This document shows, in pieces, positions 27,863-40,215 of a stretch of 64,000 nucleotides of DNA. The DNA is taken from contig OZ037766.1 of the NCBI GenBank assembly GCA_964035545.1, positions 2,418,001 to 2,482,000 on the forward strand. The letters run 5' to 3'. The notes under the pieces are model-generated. The model saw only the letters and a program-made list of their open reading frames with translations, was not told where the DNA came from and did no database searches. A program made the translations under genes and the position numbers. The DNA is from Bugula neritina. Taxonomy: Eukaryota > Animalia > Bryozoa. Position 1 is the first letter of the stretch. Each line of letters starts with the position of its first letter.

Positions 27863-29702
27863 ATTTTAAAAAATCTTTTCTACCACAGCAACTATGTAAA
27901 CTTGAATAAGCTTATTTATCAGGATTATGCATTGCTAAAAGGTTTTTATTTCTAATGCTAAAAATATGCTTGGTAGAACTTGCACTTGGTGTCAATAAAC
28001 TATCTAGATTATAGTTCCTGTTTTATAGTCATAACTTTAGCTGCTTCTGAATCCTTAAGCAGGCTTCAAACTGTGCTGCCATAGAGATAGTTAAACGCTA
28101 GCTCCATCATCATCAGATACTTTTTTGACGCTTCATTAGTTGGCCTATTGCAACAATTGTCACCCTAAGGCCTACACCAATGCTTGAAACTACTATATTG
28201 TAACTGCTCTTTAAAACAGTATATTTTGTTTAAGATAAACAATTTTCAGTATTAACAGCTTTCAATTTCATTTTAGAAAAAATAAATTATGCCACTCAAA
28301 GCTAATTTTCGAAGATTACAAAATGCATTAGGTATTCATTTGTCATATAAATTAGGTTTATCAGTTTTAATATTTTATGTGTTTTAATTTATAGCTTTTT
28401 TGCTCTTTATTCATTATATTTGTTTTCAATTTATATCAAATTATTTCATCATTATGAGTTGCATTTGTTGAAGTCCCAAATTCTAACTTTAGTTCAGTTG
28501 ATTTAGTATGACATGTATGTATATAATTTATTTCAGTTTTATTATTATAAAAGAAGTTTTAGCTATAATTTAATAATTCCGATTGAACATAAAATAGACT
28601 AAAAAATCTTTTTGGATTGTTAATCTAATACATGCACATTCTTAAAGTTTAAAAAGTGGTAAATACAGTATAATACATACAACAAGAATTAATTTTGAAG
28701 GAATTAATATAGCATGAAGGTATGGAACAATACAGTACAGCTGGCCTATGGCCTATAGGATATGAGATTGCATATATTAAAGATCAAATATACTCTTAAG
28801 AAATTTTACTTATAATTAAAGCCTAGAAGTTTTTGTATTTTTTATCATAATTTACCAAAATAATAATGCGATAAAACGAGTTCCATCTATTGATGGTGTT
28901 TTCACTGGTTCAGTGCATCTTTATCTTATATCCATTTTACTAAGAAGTATAATCTACTCCACCCATGAATCTTCTATGGGATCTTCTGGGCTTTTGTAAC
29001 AGTCAATGTTAATGTTTCATGGCTCTGGAAAAGCAAAGCAGTGGAAGTTGTCTTCTTTTGAGATATTGAAGTTACATGTGAGACTTAAGCTGCAAATCAA
29101 CAGTGAAAAATATTTAAAATACAGCATGTAAAAACATTATCTATCTACAAATGCAAGGAACTTTGTTTATAAAAGTATGTTATAGATAGTTGAACTGTGT
29201 GAAAAAGTAAGATTGAAGTATCAATGTTACTTTAAAATAAAACATGTCTTATAAAGGCAAATTTCAAAACAGAAAGCAATTCATAGTATGCCTGCAGTTT
29301 TGTTATGCTTTTAGAATAGAGATACAATATTTCAAATTTACTTTTAACTTTCAATTTAATTTGTAATCAAGTTGAAAACATGAAGCTGTAGCTGAGTAAA
29401 CTTTTTACTTGATTTATAGAGTTTGATCAGTTGGGGCTGTATATCTATTTCAGCCTTCATTCAATACCTTCTTAGCAGAAGTTCAGCTGTTTTATTATGC
29501 TTGTAGTGCTGAGTTTACCCAGTGGTCACGTGGGGTAATCCCAGTGAGGGCAGTTATTTTTCAAGCTATTTTGGCCTTTAATAAAGTGTAGTATATTGTA
29601 TATAATACTCAGAGGAAGTTGAGTGGCCAGTGGAGCCTGAAAACTGAAGGAGTAGTAGAGAAGCAGTGGAGTTCCTGAGAACTGGGTGGAATGCAGTGAT
29701 GT

Positions 29703-29783
29703 GTTTACCCAGTGGCTCCTGTAGTAAAATGGTAGCGTCTGCTTGCAAGCTGTCAGTAGCTGGTCCGAATCCCAGTGGGAGCA
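29703..29783 (+). mobile_element. tRNA-like SINE head, family B
   Basis: GCTCCTG...TGGGAGC acceptor-like stem, A box TAGTAAAATGG, B box GGTCCGAATCC. The anticodon arm is poor. Homologous to 40144-40215 including the upstream GTTTACCC.GTGG; a deleted copy lies at ~29511-29550. Confidence 0.55.
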
Positions 29784-31331
29784 AATAAGTTGCGTATACA
29801 ATGCTCACACCTGGCTTGCTAAAACCATTTAGTTGAGTTCAATAACTACACGAGTCAAAGCTCTAAAGTGTATTTGAAAAACAGCAGCTCCACCTACAAG
29901 TTTTTATCTTAACCAGTGTTCTTTTGTTACTATATCATATAAGAGTTACTGTAAAATATCTAAAGTAAAATTTTCATTCTTTTGAAAGAGTGTTAGTGCA
30001 TGTCACTACGTCTTAATACCTTAATTGTTGTGGTAATACATGTTTTGCTCGGTTTTATTCTATTTATAGTAGATGCATTTCAATTAAATTAGCAATAAAG
30101 CTTGGCAGAATCTTCCCCAGGTTTACTGTACTTATCATTAGCATATTATTAACTAATTGGTAAATGATTTTAAAAGAATAATACTAAATGGTGTCACGCA
30201 ATGCAAATATTAGGTTATAGGATAATGTATAATTCATGACAGAATAATGATACTAACATTGTCTCTCTTAAACCCATGCCAATTCAAATAAAATTTGATT
30301 TTTGAAAGTTAGCGGTCAATTTAAAGCATTTAAATACATAATAAGCTTTCAAAGCTATTTGTTTAACATATTAATAATAGAAGTTGAATATAAATTGTTT
30401 TGAACTCATGCTGCAAGTTAAACTTGTATATAAAGTTTCTTGCTAGTTTAAGGAGCTTTATCATAGCCCCTTAATGAAGAGTATCATAGGAGCATTAGTT
30501 CTCAGGCTAGAATAAAAAATAATAATAAGACATCTTTAATTTATTTGTTAAATATCATTAATCACTATTTTTTACAATAATTCATTTTTTACAAAGTGAA
30601 TTTTTTTTCAATTAAACTTTTTTGATAGTTTTGATAAATTAGCGATTAGTTGGAATGTGTCAGCTATCTAATAATCCAGCTGACATCAATATTGGTACAA
30701 GAAACGCATTACTATATTAAATAGTATAGAACGCATTTTTATAATTACAGTTATCAAAGCTGAAATATGACAAATTGATAACATGTATTTGCAAAGCATT
30801 TAATCAGAATAACTTCCTTGTGTTCTATAAATAAAAAATTATTAAAATATTTGGGGTTGAAGACATCATTTCTCTGAGAGCTACAATATGCACCCAAATG
30901 ATATAAAAGGCCAGCTGCAGCTCAGAGAAATTCAAACATCTCACAATATCCACTGCTGTACTCCAGTAATTCAGAAAACTCTAAATTTGTAAGTATCCAG
31001 TATTTAGCTGCAATTTACATTACTTGAGTTTAATAATTGTTGTTGTATTGTGCTCATAGCTTATAGATTTGAATTTTTAGAAAACTAATTGCTGGTTTTG
31101 CATTATATGTACCTTGAATCAAATTTCCATTTGAAAGTAAATTATTGAGTTGTTTATCAATCTATTAGTTTTAATTATTATTAAGATAGCTTTAATATTT
31201 CACCAATAAGTTCATAAGAACTTCTAAATTAAAAATGATCTTTTAAAAACTGCAGTTTGAACAAATAAAAACAAAAATTCAAACCAGTAAGTTATAAATT
31301 GGATATGAAACATCATTGTAGACTTTCCACC

Positions 31332-31622
31332 ATGAAGCTGTACATCCTAGCTCTATTCCTCTGCATTGCCGTAGCCAGCATCTCGGCTGGCTACATAAAA
31401 CCAGTTCACCGATATGGCAGCAGCTCTGGAGGAAGTCACTCTGGCAGCAGTGATTCTGGCAGCAGTGGTTCCAGCGACAGTGGAAATAGTGCATCAGACA
31501 GCTCGGACAGCTCAAATGGTTCGGACAGCGACAGCAACAGCGACAGCAAAGGAGACTCTTCCAGCTCAGATGACTCATCCTCAGGAGGAAGACTCTACAA
31601 ACCTTACAGCAAATACTACTAA
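31332..31622 (+). CDS. Secreted Ser/Asp/Gly-rich protein with basic Tyr-containing ends (96 aa)
   Basis: MKLYILALFLCIAVASISA signal; mature GYIKPVHRY-(S/D/G core; 32 Ser and 10 Asp in 77 aa)-RLYKPYSKYY. TATAAAA 30902, exon-1 donor ~30989, acceptor 31321, Kozak-like CCACCATG, 3'UTR intron 31652-32067. Confidence 0.88.
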   Translation: MKLYILALFLCIAVASISAGYIKPVHRYGSSSGGSHSGSSDSGSSGSSDSGNSASDSSDSSNGSDSDSNSDSKGDSSSSDDSSSGGRLYKPYSKYY

Positions 31623-33109
31623 AAACCTGACCAGTACACTGACTTGAAGAAGTGAGTATAGTTTACAAATTTTATGTAATAAGTTAACGAAAATCAAAAA
31701 TGTTGTGTTAGCTAGTCAAGCAAACTTCATTGGTAGTCAAAGTATAATATACAGTCTGTTTAGGGGTTATACTTTATCGTACTCATGGCATTTAACAGTT
31801 TTCAACACATTGATTGCTGGAAAACCATAAACTTGACTATAAAATATGTTGTTGTTTAAATCATTTCACTGCTTTACTTCAAAGTATACAATACAAATTT
31901 CAATATAGTTATAGTAATTTTATATCTAAACTGGTAATTGTAATTAACAAGCAAAATTAGTTGTATAGTAAAAAGTAAAAATTTTTTGTTTAACAGAGAT
32001 ATTTCAAATATGCTTTACTAATTAATGTTTTTGGCTAGAAAGCTAATTTTATTTTGTGCATTTTAGATGCAGAAGTTTGGTAAATGGAAGAGTTTTCAAC
32101 CGATCAAGCCTCATCTTCTTTTAATTCATCTACAGATATATTTTAATTCAATTTATGTTTTTAAAAATATTTCTATTTTTCATTAGTTTCTTGTAATCAA
32201 CTTGATAAAAAATAAAGCTATTTCAAACTCCAAATAAATCGATTATTTTTCTGAAAGATGCACAACGGACACTGCATGATGAGTATAATGTAATCATAGC
32301 TCACAGCTTACAGCAATACTTTTGAAAAACTACACATAAAGACTGATCCCACCATACTAGGACAAAAAGTTGAACAATTGTCAAATTTTTCCAGAAGCTT
32401 TGCAAATAAATAATTATATGACAAATATAAGGTATGCAATTTGACAGTTAAATATAGCTGCCAAATCTATGTTCACATTTGCTATAAAGTTCTAATTAAA
32501 TCAAAACAGACAATCCTACACTTTTGGTGTTTTAGTTTGTAATGTGAGATTTACATTGTTATAGCAGCTATATAAGTTGTAACCAGTAAATTTTAAAGCC
32601 TATATATAATCTAGAATTAAAGTTTAAGCTGCTACAATATACTGCTGTTGATGTAAATTCTGATATTAAGGTACATTTCTTCAACATTGGAATTATTTTC
32701 AATTTTATATTAGCTTTTAGCCTTAGGCACAGCTGCCTGCTTTTTTCCTATTGGGTGAATCAGGACTAGTCTAGGATAGTATAAAGGTAATCTCATGGAC
32801 CCTAAACTATGGGGTTCTTTGTTAGGCATTCTACATCATAAGTCTGAAAAACAAATTAAAGCAAAGGATGGTGTTTATCTTACAGTAGCAAATCTTGCTA
32901 CTATTACACATGCTTGTTTGGATTATGTACGGTCTTTGTAAAATAGCTTTTCATTTCTATTTGATAATAGTTGCACCCATATGGTGTTGGGCAACTTCAA
33001 TATCTTCTATAGCTTTATTTCATATTGTATAATATAACTCTAATATCATCATACTACAATCTGCACATAACGCTTTCTATGTTATATACTACCGCATACT
33101 CACACAAGT

Positions 33110-33310
33110 TTATAGTCACCATCCCTGTGAGATCCCCTGATGGAAAGAGTTTCTGTTAAATCAGGCTAAGGACTTATTCATATGTGGCACAGGAAAAATT
33201 ATGACTGAATACTCTTCCCAACATCACCAATGACTTTTAAAAAGGATTCATGAACTCTTGGATAGGGATTTACTAAGTCATCGCTCTAACCCCCTAGGCC
33301 ACGACTACAC
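33110..33310 (-). mobile_element. tRNA-derived SINE family A
   Basis: Colinear with 53405-53596 (TATAGTCACCATCC...CCCTGAT...GGCTAAGGACTT...AATTATGA...AACATCACCAATG...GCTCTAAC). Confidence 0.7.
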
Positions 33311-35117
33311 CATCCCATTCTGTATTAAAATATTCTTGTCAACTAATGTGAAAGAGTTTAATGGGCTAATAATGGTTACTTTTCTTTCTAGAGAAAACAC
33401 CATTTACCAACTCAAAACATTGGGCAGATAACTACCAATGCGAAATAGCATATTATTCATTTAAATACACATATACTAATCTGATTTTGAATCAGTGGTG
33501 TTAAATATGTAATCTAGGAATTTAGCTAGCTTTCTATGTGACACAGTGTATAGACTAAGCAACCTACCCTGTCATGGTTATAAGACAAAGATAAACTTCC
33601 AGCCAAAATGAAATTTCTGAACTATACTTTGAAGATGCCTGAGCTGTGCCATCAGCATAGTTTGATTCACTTTCTAGCCACTATCAGCTATAGCTACATA
33701 TTCTCACCTATCTCTGCTTTGTCCTGTTTGGGTAGTGAGGCTATAGCTATATATGTCAACTTTAGTTATTAAACAAAAATAGAAAACATTTATATGGCGC
33801 AGACTGCAGACATTTCATTATATTAGGAGACAAGCCTAATTGCATTAAATTTTATTAATTATAATTATATATAAACATATTATAACAGCCAAAATTCTTC
33901 TCAGTGCCATAATTTGCAATAGCATGTATAGAGATAAAAATATAATATGGTTGTTAGTAGCTTTTAAATTTCACATAGCATATACTATGGCCACTCAATA
34001 AAAATTAGCACTAACACTACTATGGTCTTATAGCATTCATAGCACCCTATAATGCATGTCCCATGGGGCTACAGCTGATGGAGGTTGAGAACTAATTAGA
34101 AAAATGATTGCATAAGAGTATTTAGCAAATGAGGAATTGTGAAACTGAAACTGTGTTGATACAGTTGTTGGTCACTTGCAGTCATGCTTTGGTTCTCCTT
34201 GCACCAATGTGCAGTGAAGATTGCAGCAGACAAAGATATTTTGTGTCAGCAGAAAATTAATAAGAATTTAAACACATGCACCCAAATTAGTACAGACAGT
34301 TTAAAACAATTGTTGATTGTCATTAAGTAGTCTGCAATGATAGACCTGAAAATTAATTAATTGCAAAAGATTAATGAGATTGCATTATGTTCCATAAAGA
34401 GTTTTGTTTAGGCATGTGGTGCTTTAGTTTTGGTATCTCCTTGATGGCCTTTCAGACAATGTGATGGGTATTCAATTACATTTTAAAAAAAAATATGTGT
34501 CATATTTGCTCTTGTGTAGAGCTAGTGAACTTGTCAAGTGAAAATTGGCATCACATCTCATCTGCAGCTGAGTGTGTTCACAGATTTTTCTAATAAATGT
34601 TTTTATCCTTATTATCAGAGATAAAGTTTGAAATATTTGTAGATTATTGTTGTTCAAATAATTATATTCTGTCTAGCGCATTCACAATGCTATTAGACTT
34701 GGTTCAAATAAGGTAACTGAATTCCAGTGACCAGTCAATATTCCAAAGGCCCATTAGTCTGAAAGCTCATTGGTTAGGTTATTAAAATAAAACTGGTATT
34801 ATTTTTATTGTGTAAGCCTATATATAAAGTGTACCTAAAAGGTTTCAGGTTGAAGCCCCAAAGCCATGTAAAGGACTTTCCATATGTGCCTGTGTGCATA
34901 TGTACTAAGCAAGTATGTATGGATCAATAAATTTATGGAACATGAAATTTATAATATCAAATATAAATTCAATTCAGCACATATGAGCACAAAATTTAAT
35001 GTAACATGAAACTGTTTAAGCATAAAATCCTTAAAAATATGTAGATAGTAGCTAAAGTATATATAGGAATGTCTTAACACTGCATGAGTGAATGGTCTCA
35101 GATACTCTTTAAAATAT

Positions 35118-35709
35118 GGTGTCCGGTAAATATGGCCAGGTAAATATGGCACAGGTAAATATGGCACAGGTAAATATGGCACAAGTAAAAATGGCACAGG
35201 TATAAATAATGGCAAAAAATGGCAAAGTAGGTAAAAATGGCATATTCTCAATATTAGGGTTTGGAGATAGGGGTTTGAGTTTGGGGTTGGGGTTTAAGTG
35301 TTAGGGGTTTGGGTTTCGGCTGAGAGGTTTAGGATTTGGGGGTTGGGAAAATTCAACATCTTTAGTGTGCCATGTTTACCTACTTTACCATTTGTGTCAC
35401 TATTACCTGTGTCACTATTACCTGTGGCATTATTACCTGTGCCATTATTACCTGTGTCATTTTTACCTGTGCCATCTTTACCTGTGCCATTATTACTTGT
35501 GCCATTATTACCTGTGTCACTATTACCTGTGCCATTATTATACCTGTGCCATTATTACCTGTGCCATTATTACCTGTGCCATTATTACCTGTGCCATTAT
35601 TACCTGTGCCATTATTACCTGTGCCATCTTTACCTGCGCCATTATTACCTGTGTCATTTTTACCTGTGCCATCTTTACCTGTGCCATCTTTAACAATGCC
35701 ATTTTACCA
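35118..35709. mobile_element. Foldback/MITE-like element: inverted arrays of a 15-bp unit flanking a G-rich telomere-like core
   Basis: Left arm (GGTAAATATGGCACA)n, right arm (TGTGCCATTATTACC)n in reverse complement, core TTAGGGTTTGG...TTGGGG at ~35253-35347. Explains the CHYYL/VPLLP/CAIIT ORFs. Confidence 0.75.
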
Positions 35710-36176
35710 AAAATTTTAAAATATTTATAAGTTGAATCAGTTGACAAAATTACTTGAGAATGCTTTTGCTTGATATATCATATTATATTATATATTTTTA
35801 GTTCAAGTTTATCATATTATTGTTATTTTTAAATTATTTCATCTTGATGACAGATTACCCAGTTATGAAGCTATGCCTATAGTTTTCTTATTATTGTCTT
35901 GACTTCCGTATCAGTGTTGTAGTTACAATAGAAGGGCAGATAACTCCCTATGCTTTAAAATACAAGAGCAGATAATATATACACACCTGGAATCTTTATA
36001 CATTCTTCACTCTCTACACTAATATAATAACTAACTATAGAGCTCTACTTTGGACTTATAGCTGTAATGAAGACTAATTTTAATCCTGCACATGTAATTT
36101 TAAAAAGTGTGCTTATTTGGGTAATGTACATTGCAGCAATTACTTTTTATATCTCTGTTCTTTTGAATTATTAGGA

Positions 36177-36179
<3 letters not shown>

Positions 36180-36272
<93 letters not shown>

Positions 36273-36357
36273 TATGTGTGTGTGCGTGTGCGTGTGCCTG
36301 TGCGTGTGCGTGTTTGTGTGCGTGTGCGTGTGTGTGTGTGTGCGCATGCGCGTGTGT
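36180..36357. repeat. Compound (TA)n + (TG/CG)n microsatellite
   Basis: Read directly. Confidence 0.95.
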
Positions 36358-37818
36358 ACAAGATACAGATTGATACAGTAGTTTGTGTGAGTACTATCAG
36401 CTCAAAATTGACCAAAAAATATTATTTGCTATTCCAGATAAAAAAGATGAATTTCCACGGCAGATTGTAATTTGCTATTAAAGAACACAACACATATTAA
36501 AATTTCTGTGGCTTATTGTTCATAAGTTTTTGGCTTCAATATTTCTTTGTCTTTAATTTTATTTTCAACCATTCTATATATTTTATATCTTTTTAATAAA
36601 AACTCTCAAACTTTAAAATCTATACTGTGAAACACAAAAATTTGTAGCAAAAGAATGCCACGTTTCTTATATTATACTCTCTTTTGTTATTTTTAAAAAC
36701 TATATATAGTATAACAATTAATTGATTTAGGACGTGATAATTCAAAACATGTGGCAAATTTTAAAGTGGAAAAGAAAAAATTATAATATCATAAAAAGTG
36801 TTGGATGACAGAAAGTTTATGAATACATCTTTCAGTGATTAGATTATGTGAACAGTTGTTATTAGATTTGATAGGATGTACATACAAATATTTTCTATTG
36901 ACAAAGTTAGCGCAGCTTTGATTCAGAGTAGTAGAGAAATTTTTGCAATGTCAGCTATTTTTAGAAAATATTGTTTCCTTGTTTCAGCATGACAACAACT
37001 AAAGTAGTAAAAACATAATGTTTTTGTATTGATTTTAAATAATATTACTTTGACAAAAGTTTTTGTCGGTAGCTGCACTGTCATCTTTTGCTTAGCAAAA
37101 ATCATGTATAACAATTATTTAGATTTTCTTTGGAATTTGGACTTTATTTGTCTCCTAAGATATATATATATATAAATAGCAAAATCAAATTTGATTATTC
37201 ATAGAAATATGTTGACATTACACCGTAATGACCTTTATACTGTAAAATATATATATTTAAAAAGTTTAGTTGAAATACATAAACTGCTGTCATAATAACT
37301 CACTGTCAAACAGTTTCCTCTAACTCTTAAAATAGCATTTTCCTCATACATAACCTAGAATGTTGTCAATAACTATCATACATATTGGCAACTTTTTGCT
37401 GAAAATTTTATATAAAAGAGAAGTATATTTGGTGTCTAATCATTGCTATCTACTAGTCTGCTAGAATTACAAGATCAACTTTTTTTGAAAAGCAAACAAA
37501 ACACCGTAAGTATAATCTGAAACTTATTAAAAGTCAAGTTTCAAAACTTGAGATAAGTTTTTTAGAAAAGTAAAGTATTTCATTCACTAGAAGTTGCAGT
37601 TACTAGTTCACACTGCATTGTGAAATTTATTTTTTATTTTTTTTATTTTACATGTTCTCACACCAAAATCTTGTTAGAAATTTTTGTTGCTACCTAAAAT
37701 AGTTGTGTATATAAAACGAAATTTTTACTAGCAGTTTTTAGCTTTATCTTTATTTTTTAATTTTTTATTTTGGATTTTTGCCTCAAAGTTGTTTGTGGTT
37801 CTTACAGACTACCAAATC

Positions 37819-37923
37819 ATGAAGCTGTTCAACGCCCTTGCTGCTCTCCTTCTCATTGTTGTGCTGAGCACCGTCTCTGCAAGCAGATACTCTGATTCTA
37901 ACTCCAACAGCCGAGAGTATTAA
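37819..37923 (+). CDS. Secreted micro-peptide (34 aa): MKLFNALAALLLIVVLSTVSA-SRYSDSNSNSREY
   Basis: Below the ORF-track cutoff. TATAAAAGAG 37411, exon-1 donor GTAAGT 37506, acceptor TTACAG 37807, clear signal peptide, 3'UTR donor 37968, acceptor ~38463, AATAAA ~38568. Same layout as the neighbouring genes. Confidence 0.75.
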   Translation: MKLFNALAALLLIVVLSTVSASRYSDSNSNSREY

Positions 37924-37967
37924 CTTTCGCCTTACCGCTCTACCAGTGCCCACTACAGAAACCTACA

Positions 37968-38110
37968 GTAAGTTACAGTATATAAATAGTATATAATATA
38001 GTAAGTTACAGTATACAACTAGTATATAATATAGTGGGTTACAGTATATAAATAGTATATAATATAGTAAGTTACAGTATATAAATAGTATAGACTGTGA
38101 TAAGTTACGG
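37968..38110 (+). repeat. 33-bp minisatellite (GTAAGTTACAGTATATAAATAGTATATAATATA), ~4 copies, starting at the splice donor
   Basis: Units start at 37968, 38001, 38034 and 38067. Confidence 0.88.
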
Positions 38111-40143
38111 CAAGTATAGAACTATATTATAAAATAAATTGTAGTTACACAACATGTAACCATGCAACTACACTGTATTATACTTTGAACTGCACTATAT
38201 ATTTTGTCAAATGGCAAAGTTGAGAACTGAAATAGTTAGATGTGCTGTTTGAATATACTTTAAAACTGTAGTGAATTTACAAATTAAATATTACTTTGTT
38301 TATTTAGCGAAAACAGTAATAAAACTTTTTAGCACTGTTATGGATGTTGAAAATTCATGCATATCCAAGTTACAGCTAAACATGTAAGTCTGAACAACTT
38401 CTTCAAGTATCAGTTGCATTAGTTGCATTGAACAAAGCAAGTAAACTTTTCATTTTATTTTAGATAAAGAGAAGATGTCAACATCAACATCAAAGATCCA
38501 AAAGTTTCTGAGATTTCTAATTAACTGCATTTTATCAATTTCTTAATTTGTGTTTGTTTAATGTTGATAATAAACTCATAATTTTCAAACTGATTATATA
38601 CTATTTGTTGGTTTCCAAATAATTCTCATGGAGAATCAAGCAAGCATTTTGTGATAATTTTGTATAATTTAGAGCACAAAAAAACAATTCTTTCTTTTAA
38701 AAAATTATTAAATAATTCAGCTTTATGTTCCATAACATTTTGATTGGACAGATTTTAAAATAAGCACCTTCCATGGCCTTGAATCACAATGCTACATGTC
38801 CAAAGGGAAATAGTTCTAATAATAGAAATATAAAGCAAAAATTATTCTCTAAAGAGTAAATCAACATTGCTGAATTCAACTAATGTAGAGTTAAAACATA
38901 TGAAGCAAAAGAATAATATTGCTGCGCATTACTCCACCCATTAGCATAAGATTTCATTACCATTTAATGAAAATTAGGAAACATAAATACGCATGTTTAG
39001 TCAATATCATGGTACAGTAAAAATAATAATTTTTCTATGTATATGTTATATATGTTAGTACAGTTTTTTATTCATAATTATTTTTCATAACATGCATTTA
39101 AATAAATAAAAGTTTGCAAGAAAGTAGTTGAATAAAAAATCAGAAAAATTTCTATTTAATGAAGTAATGGTGATATCAAACTGGAAGAAAAAATTTTCTT
39201 TATCAATAAAAACATTTGTAGCAAATCTTGTCATAAATTTAATATAATACAAAATTAAAAATACAGATAAATGCTAAACATCCAACTGATTTAAAGCGTA
39301 TGTCCAAAATGCATCAAATAGAGCTAAGCAATTGGATCTAATTGATTTCTAGTTGATAAAAATAAGACATACAATGTATAAAATAAAAGCATATCATGGA
39401 CAAAGCCATTTGACATTTGGAATGCACTTTATATACTCATATAGGAGTAGTTAAAAGCTGAACAAATATTGTCTTAGTTAATCTTAGTACTCATTTCCAC
39501 ATTTTCAATATTATTTACATTATTTTTAATTAGCTAAAGCAACAACATGTAATAATTTAGTTATCAAATAAAGGATGTGTACATATTATGTATGTTTATG
39601 AATATCATGACATGCTGAAGCCACTGCTTTAATAATAAAATTCAATTAATGTATGCATTCAAAGTTACTTAATCATTTAAATAAACCCTAGCAGCCTTTG
39701 GTATAATAGTGCGTGTGGTTTAAGCAGTTAATAATAGTTATATAATCAACCACCCGCAACTCTTACAGACATAAATGTACAATAATAAATTAATTTTTTA
39801 ATAAAACAATATAACTTTTTGTATCACTAATAGATGGTAGGATTGGCTTGCAGTTATGGCTATGTGGTGACGTAATGTTGATTATGTAATTTTATGATTG
39901 ATGATGCAAGCTAATGCTGGCAGGCAGGTCATAGGCTAAATAAATGTCTGGTCATGGTTTCATAGGTCAAAATGAAATGCACCCTTTAAGCCTAATGGGC
40001 AGTGTAGGAGCAGTGAAAGGGCAGTGATATATGTCAATAACCTATGATTGTTCTTCGACTCACTAAGACTTATACAATTGGTTTAAAATATTCTCCATTT
40101 TTTAGTTTTTGTGTAAATTCAAACTTAGGCAATATAGCGTTGA

Positions 40144-40215
40144 GTTTACCCTGTGGCCCCCTGTGGTGTAATGGTAGCATCTGCTTGCAAGGCGGTGGTC
40201 CAGGATTCAAATCCC
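40144..40215 (+). mobile_element. tRNA-like SINE head, family B
   Basis: A box TGGTGTAATGG, B box GGATTCAAATCC; shares ATGGTAGC.TCTGCTTGCAAG with 29703-29783; the 3' acceptor strand is missing. Confidence 0.55.

Noticed and set aside
29715-29783. Functional tRNA gene
   Set aside because: D and anticodon stems pair poorly, and diverged or truncated copies occur at 29.5 and 40.1 kb; better explained as a SINE head.
31279-31647. Overlapping Cys-rich antisense ORF and Ala/Thr-rich alternative-frame ORF
   Set aside because: Shadows of the AGC/GAC codon repeats of the Ser/Asp gene.
35253-35347. Interstitial telomere
   Set aside because: Degenerate, with few exact TTAGGG units, and embedded as the core of the foldback element.
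35366-35709. CRISPR-like regular array
   Set aside because: Head-to-tail repeats without unique spacers, in a eukaryotic context with no cas genes.
34949-35747. ORFs with CHYYL, VPLLP, CAIIT and MAQVI repeats that look like structural proteins
   Set aside because: All frames are open because of a stop-free 15-bp DNA repeat in a foldback element; there is no signal peptide or gene structure.
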